Shown here piece by piece: positions 27,663 to 41,244 of a stretch of 64,000 bases of DNA. The translations under genes were made by a program, and so were the position numbers. How positions within the stretch are numbered: the stretch's first letter is position 1; every line of letters begins with the position of its first letter. Source of the stretch: Pecten maximus (taxonomy: Eukaryota). The stretch covers positions 372,001 to 436,000 of the forward strand of contig NC_047015.1 in assembly GCF_902652985.1 (NCBI RefSeq). Reading direction: 5' to 3'. Under the pieces are notes generated by a model. It saw only the letters and a program-made list of their open reading frames with translations, did no database searches and was not told the origin of the DNA.

Positions 27663-27927
27663 TCAGCATTGGCTGCCCAATTATAAAAAAACACCAAACA
27701 CTGATTAATCTGTTTTCAGATGCAGTTATTTTTCTCATTGAAAATTAAAAAAGGATGCAAATGTAGTAGATATATATCCTGACAGTTGCTTACTGTAACA
27801 CAGTATGAAACATTGTGATGCTCATTACATCTAGATAATAAGCGACAATCCTATCTCAGAATGTTATTATATAATTGGAGTAAACATAAAGCGACAGCTC
27901 TTACTTTTTAAATTGCATATTGCTTTC

Positions 27928-28185
27928 ACATGTTCTTTTAATAGTTTTTTACATACTCTATGAGAAATTTTAGACATGTTCTATTAATAGTTTTATACAT
28001 GCTCTATGAGAAATTTTAGACATGTTCTATTCATAGTTTTATACATGCTCTATGAGAAGTTTTACACATGTTCTATTAATAGTTTTATACATGCGCTATG
28101 AGAAGTTTTACACATGTTCTATTAATAGTTTTATACATGCTCTATGAGAAGTTTTACACATGTTCTATTAATAGTTTTATACATA
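27928..28185. repeat. 46-bp tandem repeat
   Basis: catgttctattaatagttttatacatgctctatgagaagttttaca units. Confidence 0.9.
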
Positions 28186-28597
28186 TATAATGACTTTACA
28201 AATATCTAATGTTGTTAGCTTAACACATGTTCTATTAATGATTTTAAACGAGATCTATTTATACTTGTACTTGTTATATTAATTAAGTTTGCACCATTAC
28301 CATTGATTGTAATAAGAATTTCATACTTAAAATATTTTGACAAATTTGAACTTTTAATTTATAAAAAGCGTTGGTACTGAAAACAATAAATATTGGCATC
28401 ACAGTTCACAGTGCATCCTGGGAAGAGGATATAAACACTATCTTATAAAAAACAGTAATTCAGTGTAGTCTCTCTCTTTCTACTTGCATATCAATGAATC
28501 ACAAATCATAACATGTAATCATATAGGTTTAACTATGTGAACAATGAGCAACACACATAATGTTTGTTTATAGCAATACAAAGTTTTACAGACGAGG

Positions 28598-29005
28598 TCT
28601 GAGGACAATTTCTATCCATAATATCAAATGATGACATCACACAAGCTCTGAGGACAATGTAAATATGACACTCATTTCTATCCATATTATCAAATGATAA
28701 CATCACACGAGCTCTGAAGACAATTCAATGTAAACATGACACTCATTTCTATCCATATTATAAAATGATGACATCACACGAGCTCTGAAGACAATTCAAT
28801 GTAAATATGACACTCTCATTTCTATCCATATAATCAAATGATAACATCACACGAGATCTGAAGACAATTCAATGTAAACATGACACTCATTTCTATCCAT
28901 ATAATCAAATGATAACATCACACGAGATCTGAAGACAATTCAATGTAAACATGACACTCATTTCTATCCATATTATCAAATGATAACATCACACGAGCTC
29001 TGAGG
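28598..29005. repeat. ~71-bp tandem repeat (~6 copies)
   Basis: tttctatccata...atcacacgagctctgaagacaattcaatgtaaacatgacactca units. Confidence 0.9.
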
Positions 29006-29324
29006 AATATTCCATCAAACACAGCACACAAACTGTTATCCATACCAATCATCACAGCAAGTGGCACCATCTATCTGATCAAAACACTCAACTGATCTAA
29101 TATCTATAAGGTGCAATATAGCCAACCCTAAATTTGTAATGACTGTAAGTAAATTATACAATGCAATATCCAGTCACATAGATATGATAAGTTAATAGTA
29201 AAACAACAAACTCATATAATCCCTGATTATGGTGCACATTAAACATCAATGAAAATGCATTGTACAGAGAAATTATCAATAACATTAACTTTGTGTCACA
29301 AGTTAATAAACACTATGACTTTCG

Positions 29325-31870
29325 GAGGGAAATAGGGAACCTTCCGATTACACCATGATGTCCATTGAGAAATAGGAGACCTTCCAATTACACTAGGGCG
29401 TCCAGGGAAAAATAGGGAAACTTACGATTACACTTTGATGTCCAGTGAGAAATGGGGAACATTCCGATTACACCATGATGTCCAGTGAGAAATGGGGAAC
29501 CTTCCCATTACACAATGATGTCCAGTGAGAAATAGGGAACATTACGATTACACTATGATGTCCAGTGAGAAATGGGGAACCTTCCCATTACACAATGATG
29601 TCCAGTGAGAAATAGGGAACAATACGATTACACCATGATGTCCAGTGGGAAATAGGGAACCTTCCGATTACACAATGGTGTCCAGTGAGAAATAGGGAAC
29701 ATTACGATTACACTATGATGTCCAGTGGGAAATAGGGAACCTTCCGATTACACCATGATGTCCAGTGGGAAATAGGGAACCTTCCGATTACACAATGGTG
29801 TCCAGTGAGAAATAGGGAACATTACGATTACACTATGATGTCCAGTGGGAAATAGGGAACCTTCCAATTACACCATGGTGTCCAGTGGGAAATAGGGAAC
29901 AATACGATTACACTATGGTGTCCAGTGGGAAATAGGGAACCTTCCGATTACACCATGGTGTCCAGTGAGAAATAGGGAACATTCCGATTACACCATGATG
30001 TCCAGTGAGAAATAGGGAACAATACGATTACACCATGGTGTCCAGTGAGAAATAGGGAACCTTCCGATTACACCATGGTGTCCAGTGAGAAATAGGGAAC
30101 ATTACGATTAAACCATGGTGTCCAGTGAGAAATAGGGAACATTCCGATTACACCATGATGTCCAGTGAGAAATAGGGAACAATACGATTACACCATGATG
30201 TCCAGTGAGAAATAGGGAACCTTCCGATTACACCATGGTGTCCAGTGAGAAATAGGGAACATTACGATTACACTATGATGTCCAGTGGGAAATAGGGAAC
30301 CTTCCGATTACACCATGGTGTCCAGTGGGAAATAGGGAACCTACCAATTACACAATGATGTCCAGTGAGAAATGGGGAACCTTCCCATTATACTATAGTG
30401 TCAATTGAGAATAAGGAAACCTACCGATTACACTATGATGTCCAGGGAGAAAAAGGGAACCTTCTGATTACACCAAGATGTCCAGGGAGAAATAGGGAGC
30501 CTACCTGATGTCGGGGGAGAAATAGGGAACCTTCCGATTACACCATGACGTCCAGGGAAAATCAAAGGGCCAAAGGCCCTGAGAAACGTCAGGGTGTGAG
30601 GTCATATAATTTGAAATTTAAAATTGGATTTTATAGTCAGACAGCTACATTTTTTTATAAGATTGAATGTCTTAATCTGGTTATTCATATTCCATATATA
30701 TTAAAGAAAACATGTATAACATATATCTGCTGACAACTTTCCAATAGCTGAGTATAGTTCATTCCTTATTTCTTTAATGCTTGTGGAAAATTATTGATAT
30801 ACTTCTGAATCAGTAAAGCTGCTTGTAAACTTTGAAAAAAATTAACTAAAAGACAAATCGGTCTATCAACAGTAATATGTACAACCAGAGATAAAATCCA
30901 AGATGTACACAGCCTAAGTCTTTTTTATTTATACTATAAGATCTTACTTAGGCCAAGCAAACATACAAATAAATATTAAACTGCGAACGGTCGCTGGTTT
31001 AGTTACATTAGACATAACCGCCATTTTGGCCGATTAGTGATGATCACGTGATTAGTTACGTGACAGCTGAAGTTATATTCCCTGGAATGTTTGGCTGCAA
31101 AGCTATTTATAGAATTGTAAACATTTCACTACGTAAAGACGATTGGTCATATGAACTCAGGATGAACATATATGGTCTAAGATATGTGGATATTTCTCAG
31201 TGGACACATGTAAATTTCCACGACGATCAAACTGAATTCTTTACTTTCGTTTTCAATGCAGGATTGAGACTGAACTACGTAATCCTACGCCAACAAAATT
31301 GCATATACTGGCAGAGATATATATACACTATATATATGTCTCTGATACTGGTGAGGAAATGTTTATAATCTAAACATTCATATATCATCTTAAATAATTG
31401 CAGTAAACACGGGAACCATCAGTTAAATCGTGTCAATAATTGCTGTCAAAATAGGAACTATATTAGGCTGCGAATGTATATCATTTGTGTATTACAGAAA
31501 AGAGAAGTTGTTAGCCGGAAACAAAAGTGTGACTAACAAAATTTACCCACCACGACTATAACGGCAGGTGCCAAAGGCATCCTGACGTTAAAAAGGGAAC
31601 CTTCTGGTTACACCAAGATGTCAAGGGAAAAATAGAGAACCTACCAATTACACTTTGATGTCCAGGGAGAATTAGGGAACCTACCAATTACACTTTGATG
31701 TCCAGTAGGAAATAGGGAACCTTCTGATTACACTATGACGTCCAGAAAGAATAAGGAAACCTACCAATTACACTATGATGTCCAGGGAGAAAAAGGGAAC
31801 CTTCTGATTACACCAAGATGTCCAGGGAGAAATGGGGAACCTACCAATTACACCATGATGTCCAGGGAAA
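29325..31870. repeat. 40-bp minisatellite, interrupted by a ~1-kb insertion
   Basis: aatagggaaccttccgattacaccatgatgtccagtgaga units at 29325-30560 and 31590-31870. Confidence 0.95.
30562..31589 (-). mobile_element. Helentron-type non-autonomous element (HINE-like) inside the 40-bp array
   Basis: Sub-terminal inverted repeats aacgtcagggtg (30585) / catcctgacgtt (31578); hairpins agggccaaaggccct and ggtgccaaaggcatc; inserted in an A/T run with no TSD. Confidence 0.7.
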
Positions 31871-32432
31871 AATAAAGTCACCATTTTGTTATTACATACC
31901 CTAAATAAAATAACTATTTTGTTATTATATACCCTAAATAAAGTCACCATTTTGTTATTACGTACATGTTCCGAAAGTCGAGTGACCTTGAAAGCCTAAT
32001 GAGTAAACCTGCTGCCCGGAAATAGTGTATTATAAAGAATTTCGAATTATAGAAATTAAACGATTCTGCAGAAAGACATCAACTAAAACTGTTTGAACAA
32101 GTAACACCCTTTTTATCTACATATATGCAAATGTGTAATGTAAAAAAACACTAAAATCATGATCAGTATGTAAACCACCTACAATAAAAACAATCACTAA
32201 AATCATGATCAGTATGTAAAACACCTATGATAAAAACAATCACTAAAATCATGATCAGTATGTAAAACACATGATAAAACCTCTGTAATGATGAAAACAG
32301 AGCACAACACAAATTAATGAACTTGGTTTTCTCTGTAAACATTACAATATAGGAATGATATATATAACCCTTGGATTTAAATAAAGCTATGTTTTAAAAC
32401 TCAGTAAAACAGGACATCATGTCATACAATGC

Positions 32433-33943
32433 CTAGCATTCACCATCTTCTGAATTTGTGGAACAATGTCTTCTGCGCACTTCTAATGGGTCATCAAAAT
32501 GTATCACAGGAAGTTTATCAGAGTTGCTCCCCTTGTCTGCTGTGACGCACATGTCTCTTTTTGACTTATCACAATCTGTGTCCTGCTCTAAGTCTACTAG
32601 TGGTTCTCCTGAGGAAAGTGGGTGTACTAAGAAAGGGGGTTGACCACCATTGCACTTACTGTCTTGGTTACTATGGTGTTTAGGAATTTCATCCTGACAA
32701 CTGGAGAGGATATTACTTTTTATACTGGAACTAATCGTGTCTGTAGAAAGTACATGAAAAGGCACTGTAGGAAGCTGATTGGGAATATTGTCACTGTCAC
32801 ACATCTTGTGTTTGTTGTCTTGTGAATCTAACATACTGTGTCTGCTACCTGAGGTGCCTGTGGGACCCTGACACATCTTGTGTTTGTTGTCTTGTGAATC
32901 TAACATACTGTATCTGCTACCTGAGGTGCCGGTGGGACTTGTGTCACTCTGACACGTCTGATGATTGTTGTCTTGTGATTCCAATATACTCTCTCGACTA
33001 CCCGAGGTGCCTGTGCTTGTGCCATTGCGAGCAGCCGCATCCTCTGGTGCCTCTGCCAGTAACAGGGTACGTTCGCCAGGGATATCTGGGGAGAACTCTC
33101 CGAGGTTGTCACCAAGCTCTTCTTCCTCTGTGTCATCACCAGTGATTTGCCGCACTTCCTCATCACATGCTGCTTCATCTCCTGTCCAATCACTTGTGGT
33201 TGAGCAGTCGTTGGACTGTGAGTCACATGTGCTGCTACGATTAAGCTGATGGAGATAATTGTGAGTGGAGGATGTGAGAGTGTCTGCTTTATCTTTAGAA
33301 CATTGCACAGGATGGGAATAAACTTTGGGCTCTTGTGCCAATGGATGCAAGACTGAGTAGCCTTTTGTTGTGTGTTTATGCTGTGTATGATTTTGTTGTC
33401 TCTGCGTATTAGCACCAAAACAGTAGCGGTCACGCACTCGAGTTTTCTCAGCACCACTACTCTGACTTCTCTGAAGATAGCTCAGTCGTCGTCGGCTGGG
33501 ACATGCTGACAGTTTGGATACTTTTGAACCTCTGTGTGGTTCTACGATCAATAAAGAGGGCTGTGATTGAGATACTTTTTCACGATATTTTTGACAGGGA
33601 GCTAGCAGAAGTTTTCCTCGTGTACTCTCTTCAATGATTGGGGGGCTATCATAATCACAACTCTTTTGGCGTACTAGTTTTCTGTCTTTAAAACGTTGTT
33701 TTTGCTGTGGACTGACAGTTTTTACATTAGGGTTTAGGTAGTTCATCTGTGGTAAGTGACACATATGGTTTCTGGTGTCTTCTCCAGGCAGTGGAGCATT
33801 GTCAAGGTTAGTTTCCATATAGCTGGAGTTGTCAGAACAGCAGGTAGATGGTGTGAGGGGTACATCTAAAGTTGAGGACCCTGACAAATCCACACTGCTA
33901 TCAAAACTGGATATGGTGATATCAACAGGCACCAACAGAGACC
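32433..33943 (-). CDS. Cav3: Cav3 T-type calcium channel, terminal coding exon (long, low-complexity C-terminal tail)
   Basis: Acceptor cattacag|GG is phase 1, matching the upstream exon; ~500 open codons to TAG at 32435-32433. Confidence 0.8.
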
Positions 33944-33979
33944 CTGTAATGATACAGTCATTGGTAAAACTCAAAACAG

Positions 33980-36900
33980 ATTGATGATAAAAGAAAACAT
34001 TAAAGACTGATAATAATGGGACACATCGGAGATTGATAATATTGGAAAACATTGGAGATTGATTGATAACAATGGGAAACATTAGAGATTGATAATAATG
34101 GGACACATCAGAGATTGATAATATTGGAAAACATTGAAGATTGATAATAAAGGGAAACATTGAAGACTGATAATAATGGGAAACATTGGAGATTGATAAT
34201 AATGGGAAACATTGCAGATTGATAATAATGGGAAACACTGGAGATTGATAATAATGGGAAACATTGGAGATTGATAATAATGGGAAACATTGGAGATTGA
34301 TAATAATGGGAAACATTAGATGGATAATAATGGAAAACATTGGAGATTGATAATAATGGGAAACATTGGATAATGATTGATAATAATGGGAAACATTGGA
34401 GATTGATAATAATGGGAAACATTAGATGGATAATAATGGAAAACATTGGAGATTGATAATAATGGGAAACATTGGATATTGATTGATAATAATGGGAAAC
34501 ATTGGAGATTGATAATAATGGGAAACATTAGATGGATAATAATGGAAAACATTGGAGATTGATAATAATGGGAAACATTGGAGATTGATAATAATGGGAA
34601 ACATTGGACATTGATAATAATGGGAAACATTAGAGATTGATAATAATGGGAAACATTGGAGATTGATAATAATGGGAAACATTGGAGATCGATAATAATG
34701 GGAAACATTGGAGATTGATAATAATGGGAAACTGGAGATTGATTGATGATAATGTGAAACATTGCAGATTGATAATAATGGAAAACATTGGAGATTGATA
34801 ATAAAGGAAAACATTAGAGATTGATAATAATGGGAAATATTTGAGATTGATTAATAATAATGTGAAACATTGGAGATTGATAATAATAGGGAACGTTGGA
34901 GATTGATTTATAATAATGGGAAACATTAGATATTGATAATAATGGGAAACATTGGAGATTTATAATAATGGGAAACATTGGATATTGACTTATGGTAATT
35001 GGAAAACATTGGAGATTGATTGATATTAATGGGAAACTGGAGATTGATTGATCATAATGTGAAACATTGCAGATTGATAATAATGGGAAACATTGGAGAT
35101 TGATAATAATGGGAAACATTGAAGATTGATAATAATGGGAAACATAGGATATTGACTTATGGTAATTGGAAAACATTGGAGATTGATTGATAATAATGGG
35201 AAACATTGGAGATTGATTGATAATAATGGGAAACATTGGAGATTGATAATAAAGGGAAACATTGGATATTGATTGATAATAATGGGAAACATTGGATATT
35301 GATTGATAATTATGGGAAACATTGGATATTGATTGACAATAATGGGAAACATTGGAGATTAATAATAATGGGACACATTGGATGGATAATAATGGGAAAC
35401 GTTGGAGATTAATAATAATAGGAAACATTGGAGATTGATAATAATGGGAAACATTGGATATTGATTTATAATAATGGGAAACATTGGAGATTGATTGATA
35501 TTAATGGGAAACATCGGAGATTGATAATAATGGGAAACATTGGAGATTGACTGATATTAATGGGAAACATCGGAGATTGATAATAATGGGAAACATTGGA
35601 TATTGATTGATAATAATGGGAAACATTAGATATTGATATTAATGGGAAACATTGGAGATTGATAATAATGGGAAACATTGGATATTGATTGATAATAATG
35701 CGAAACATTTGAGATTGATTGATAATAATGGGAAACATTGGAGATTGACTGATATTAATGGGAAACATCGGAGATTGATAATAATGGGAAACATTGGATA
35801 TTGATTGATAATAATGGGAAACATAAGATATTGATATTAATGGGAAACATTGGAGATTGATAATAATGGGAAACATTGGATATTGATTGATAATAATGCG
35901 AAACATTCGAGATTGATTGATATTAATTGGAAACATTGGAGATAGACAATAATGGGAAACATTGGAGCTTGATAATTAAGGGAAACATTGGAGATTTATT
36001 GATAATAATGGGAAACATTGGAGATTGATAATAATGGGACACATCAGAGATTGATTGATAATAATGGGACATATTGGAGATTGATAATAATTGGACATAT
36101 TGGAGATTGATAATAATGGGAAACATTGGAGATTGATTGATAATAATGGGAAACATTGGAGATTGATTGATAATAATGGGAAACATTGGAGATTGATAAT
36201 AATGGGACACATCAGAGATTGATTGATAATAATGGGACATATTGGAGATTAATAATAATGGGAAACATTGGAGATTGATAATAATGGGAAACATTGGAGA
36301 TAGCTTAATAATAATGGGAAACATTGGAGATTGATAATAATGGAAAACATTGGAGATTGATAATAATGGGAAACATTGGAGATCGATAATAATGGGACAT
36401 ATTGGAGATTGACAATAATGGGAAACATTGGAGATTAATAATAATGGGACACATTGGATGGATAATAATGGGAAACGTTGGAGATTAATAATAATAGGAA
36501 ACATTGGAGATTGATAATAATGGGAAACATTGGATATTGATTTATAATAATGGGAAACATTGGAGATTGATTGATATTAATGGGAAACATCGGAGATTGA
36601 TAATAATGGGAAACATTGGAGATTGACTGATATTAATGGGAAACATCGGAGATTGATAATAATGGGAAACATTGGATATTGATTGATAATAATGGGAAAC
36701 ATTAGATATTGATATTAATGGGAAACATTGGAGATTGATAATAATGGGAAACATTGGATATTGATTGATAATAATGCGAAACATTTGAGATTGATTGATA
36801 ATAATGGGAAACATTGGAGATTGACTGATATTAATGGGAAACATCGGAGATTGATAATAATGGGAAACATTGGATATTGATTGATAATAATGGGAAACAT

Positions 36901-37643
36901 AAGATATTGATATTAATGGGAAACATTGGAGATTGATAATAATGGGAAACATTGGATATTGATTGATAATAATGCGAAACATTCGAGATTGATTGATATT
37001 AATTGGAAACATTGGAGATAGACAATAATGGGAAACATTGGAGCTTGATAATTAAGGGAAACATTGGAGATTTATTGATAATAATGGGAAACATTGGAGA
37101 TTGATAATAATGGGACACATCAGAGATTGATTGATAATAATGGGACATATTGGAGATTGATAATAATTGGACATATTGGAGATTGATAATAATGGGAAAC
37201 ATTGGAGATTGATTGATAATAATGGGAAACATTGGAGATTGATTGATAATAATGGGAAACATTGGAGATTGATAATAATGGGACACATCAGAGATTGATT
37301 GATAATAATGGGACATATTGGAGATTAATAATAATGGGAAACATTGGAGATTGATAATAATGGGAAACATTGGAGATAGATTAATAATAATGGGAAACAT
37401 TGGAGATTGATAATAATGGAAAACATTGGAGATTGATAATAATGGGAAACATTGGAGATCGATAATAATGGGACATATTGGAGATTGATAATAATGGGAC
37501 ATATTGGAGATTGATAATAATGGGAAACATTGGAGATTGATAATAATGGGACATATTGGAGATTGATAGTAATGGGACATATTGGAGATTGATAATAATT
37601 GGACATATTGGAGATTGATAATAATGGGAAACATTGGAGATTG
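33980..37643. repeat. 26/30-bp minisatellite filling the last Cav3 intron
   Basis: ttggagattgataataatgggaaaca units (plus or minus gatt); internal 1076-bp higher-order duplication. Confidence 0.97.
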
Positions 37644-37653
37644 AGTTACTCAC

Positions 37654-37795
37654 CATGAGAAGGTTCATTTTCATCTGGAGGTTCGTTACTCGGTGGTCGG
37701 AATGTAAAACTGGGTGGTAAGGATGCCTGTTTACAAACAGGAGTCTTCAGCTTACGAACGTAAGATGGCACAGGTGTTTTGATTTTCAACATAAT
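37654..37795 (-). CDS. Cav3: Cav3 C-terminal exon (IMLKIKTP...KQASLPPSFTFRPP...SH)
   Basis: tcctcag| acceptor and |GTGAGT donor, 142 bp, phase 0 to 1; SLPPSFTFRP resembles the SLP..Y/F.FRP motif of Cav3 tails. Confidence 0.8.
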
Positions 37796-38311
37796 CTGAG
37801 GATTTAATGAAACAATTTCAATGAATATATCTAGGTATTGTTATTATCAGCATCACTGAACAATATACCCAGGTACTGTATCTTCAGCAATTATAAGTAT
37901 CAGCATATAATAATTTGTTTACAATACTTTTACCTGACACAATCGTTTCAACAAGATGGCTGCAATGGCTGCCATCTAGGATTTCAGACTGACACAAAAA
38001 TAATATTTGGTAAGAACCAACTTAAGAACATTACAGGTAATTTTGAGCTGAATCCCACTGCCGCAAATTGTCGCCATGGCTGCCCTGTCAAAGTTTTCAT
38101 GAAGCCAAAAAATAACAACACTTTATTGGCTCCCTTCCTTAACCTTATCAGCCTTACTAATTCAGCTCAATAGCACCAGTTGAACTGAAGAAGTTTAAAA
38201 TGTATTATTCAAGATGGCTATCATAGGGACTATCTTGGATTTCGGACTGATCCGAAAAATAACAACACTTACTCAGGACCATCTCTCACGAAGAACGAAG
38301 TCAGATGATCT

Positions 38312-40084
38312 AACAAGAGGCCCATAGGGCCTGCATCACTCACCTGGATAATTCAGTAATCATAGCAAAAATTTTAAGTTACAATTATTCTACCTTTTTT
38401 GCTACATCCTCCATCTATGGTTTAAAGTTTGTTTTTTCTTTTTTTCCCTATTTTGCAACATTTCCCCTATTAGGCCCTCTCTCTCCAGCCCTAAGGGAGC
38501 CTTACCCTCCATTTATACAACATTAGATCCCCTCAGCCAATTAATGTTCCAGACTCAATTTCATCAGAATCAATTTAGTCATTTACGACCAGTAGGGATT
38601 TACAGGATTTACCCCCAATTTCCTCTATTGGGCTTCTTCATTCTGGCTCCAGGGGGTCAGTCATCATTTATGCAAAATCTTTTTGCCTAATTCCATCAAG
38701 GATTTTTCTGACCATATTTGGTTAAAATCAATTCAGAACTTGATGGCTACTTGTGATTTAAGACTTACATCTATTTCCCCTATTGGGCCCTCGCCATATG
38801 GCCCCTTGGGGGTCAGAGTCACCATTTATGCAAAATCTGTTCCCCTTCCCCTAGGAATGTCTTTGATTAAATAGGGTTCAAATCTATTCATAACTTAATT
38901 ACAGGTAGCGATTTAAAGGAATTACCTCTATGACTAAATTGGGTTCAAATGCATTCCTAACTTTAAGACAAGTAGTAATTTAAAGGAATTACCTCTATTT
39001 TCCCTATCTGGCCCTGCCCTTTTGCCCCTTGGGGTCAGAGTCACCATTTATGCAAAATCCCCGGCCCCTTGGGGGTCAGAGTCACCATTTATGCAAAATC
39101 TGTTCCCCTTAACTCAAGGATGTTTCTGAACAAAATGGGTTCCAATGCATTTATAACTTTATGACAAGTAGCAATTTAAAGTAATTACCTCTATTTTCCA
39201 TATTGGGCCCTGCCCCTTTGGCCCCTTGGCCCCTAGGGGTCAGTCACCGTTTATGCAAAATCCCCTGCCCCTTGGGGGTCAGAGTCACCATTTATGCAAA
39301 ATCTGTTCCCCTTAACTCAAGGATGTTTCTAAACAAAATGGGTTCCAATGCATTTATAACTTTATGACAAGTAGCAATTTAAAGTAATTACCTCTATTTT
39401 CCATATTGGGCCCTGCCCCTTTGGCCCCTTGGCCCCCAGGGGTCAGTCACCATTGATGCAAAATCTGTTCTCCTTAACTCAAGGATATTTCTGACCAAAT
39501 TGGGTTCAAATCCATTCATAACTTTATGACTAATAGCGATTTAAATGAATTTCTCTCTATTTCCCCATTGGGCCCTGCTCCTCTCGCCCCATAGGGGTCA
39601 GAGTCACCATTTATGCAAAATCTCTCATCCCCCAAGGATGTTATCGACCAAATCGGGTTCAAATACATTTATAACTTAATGACTAGTAGTGATATAAAGG
39701 AATTACCTCTATTTTCTCTATCAGGCCCCACCCCTTTGGGTCAGAGTCACCATTTATGCAAAATATGTTCCCCTTCCCCTAAGGATGTTTCTAACCAAAT
39801 TAAGTTCACATCCATCAATAACTTTATGACTAGTAGATATTTAAAGAAATTACCTATATTTCCCCTATTCGGCCCCGCCCCTCTGGCCCCTTGGGTGTCA
39901 GAATTGTCATTAAAAAAAAATCTATTCCCCTTCCCCCAAGGACCTTTCTGTCCAAATTTGGTTAAAATCCATTCAGGATTTTCTGACTAGTAGTGATTTA
40001 AAGCAAATGATGGTGGACAACGAGTGGACGACAGACGCCGCACCATGGCATAAGCTCACAAGCCCTTTAGGCCAGGGGAGCTAG
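38312..40084 (-). mobile_element. HINE/Helentron-type non-autonomous element with internal satellite-like repeats
   Basis: Terminus aacaagaggcccatagggcct..ctcacctgg; other end atggcataagctcac..ccctttaggccaggggagcta; internal ~160-200 bp units (ggggtcagagtcaccatttatgcaaaat). Confidence 0.8.
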
Positions 40085-40816
40085 AAATCTACCAGCTCCT
40101 ACCGACATCATTCAGAACGTTGATATTGCATTTCAAAATGAAATCTGATCTACTATTAGCCTCCTTACCATATGCAAATTTGTCAATGCAAAAATAACGT
40201 GTTTGGGGCCTCATATGAAAAACTACCTGTTTTCTTATGATATACTATAATCGACTTTAATGCTTAAATGATGCATGGTGATTTGGTTTCATCTTGATTA
40301 GTACACAGTTAAAACATGCTCCTTTAGTTGTAGGTTATATTCCGATTTACCTACTACACATGTATGACAAAGTTTACAACAACATTCTCCACAGGTGTTC
40401 ATTTCACGGTTGGTTGGCTGGACACCTATCATGTTTGCTCAGGTAAAGCTGGTCTACTGAAGTAATTTTGGACACAAAATCAGTTTGGCATTCTGAATAC
40501 AGAGGGATGTGTTTTAAGTACTATGATAAAGGAAGAATCAATTCTGTATATGCCATTAACATCAGTATCAAGAGTTGATCAACTTTGAAAAGGATTGGTT
40601 TTAATTGGGAAGCCCTACTGTATTTGATAGAGAGATCTTAGGACAAAACAAGCATATTGGTTGCTAATTAGGCAGTACATGTCCCACTAAATATAGTAAC
40701 AGTGACCTTGACTGAAAATCCTGGAAACTCAAACTTGTCTCAGATATTATGGTCCTTTATAATGTTCATCATTGTTTGAAGTTTGATAAAAAATTAGGAA
40801 TGAAGCCGCTAGAATG

Positions 40817-41215
40817 CCGACAAACTAGTGCGTTGCACACATACCTATGTACAAGGCCGACAAACTAGTGCGTTACATACATACCTATGTACAAGGCCGA
40901 CAAACTAGTGCGTTACATACATACCTATGTACAAGGCCGACAAACTAGTGCGTTACATACATACCTATGTACAAGGCCGACAAACTAGTGTGTTACATAC
41001 ATACCTATGTACAAGGCCGACAAACTAGTGCTTTGCATACATACCTATGTACAAGGCCGACAAACTAGTGCGTTGCATACATACCTATGTACAAGGCCGA
41101 CAAACTAGTGCGTTGCATACATACCTATGTACAATGCCGACAATCTAGTGTGTTACATACATACCTATGTACAAGGCCGACAAACTAGTGTGTTACATAC
41201 ATACCTATGTACAAG
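40817..41215. repeat. 40-bp tandem repeat (~10 copies) at the end of a degenerate HINE-like remnant
   Basis: gccgacaaactagtgcgttacatacatacctatgtacaag units. Confidence 0.92.
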
Positions 41216-41244
41216 ACAGACAGAGAGGAAACCTAGGAAACTTA

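Noticed and set aside
29325-30560. CRISPR-like regular repeats (also the 44-, 45- and 37-bp arrays)
   Set aside because: Head-to-tail units without unique spacers, no cas genes, eukaryotic context.
34082-37674. Many ORFs (MFPIIINLQCFPLLS...) and the first ~130 aa of ORF 32433..34340
   Set aside because: Translations of the intronic 26/30-bp minisatellite; the real exon starts at the acceptor at 33943.
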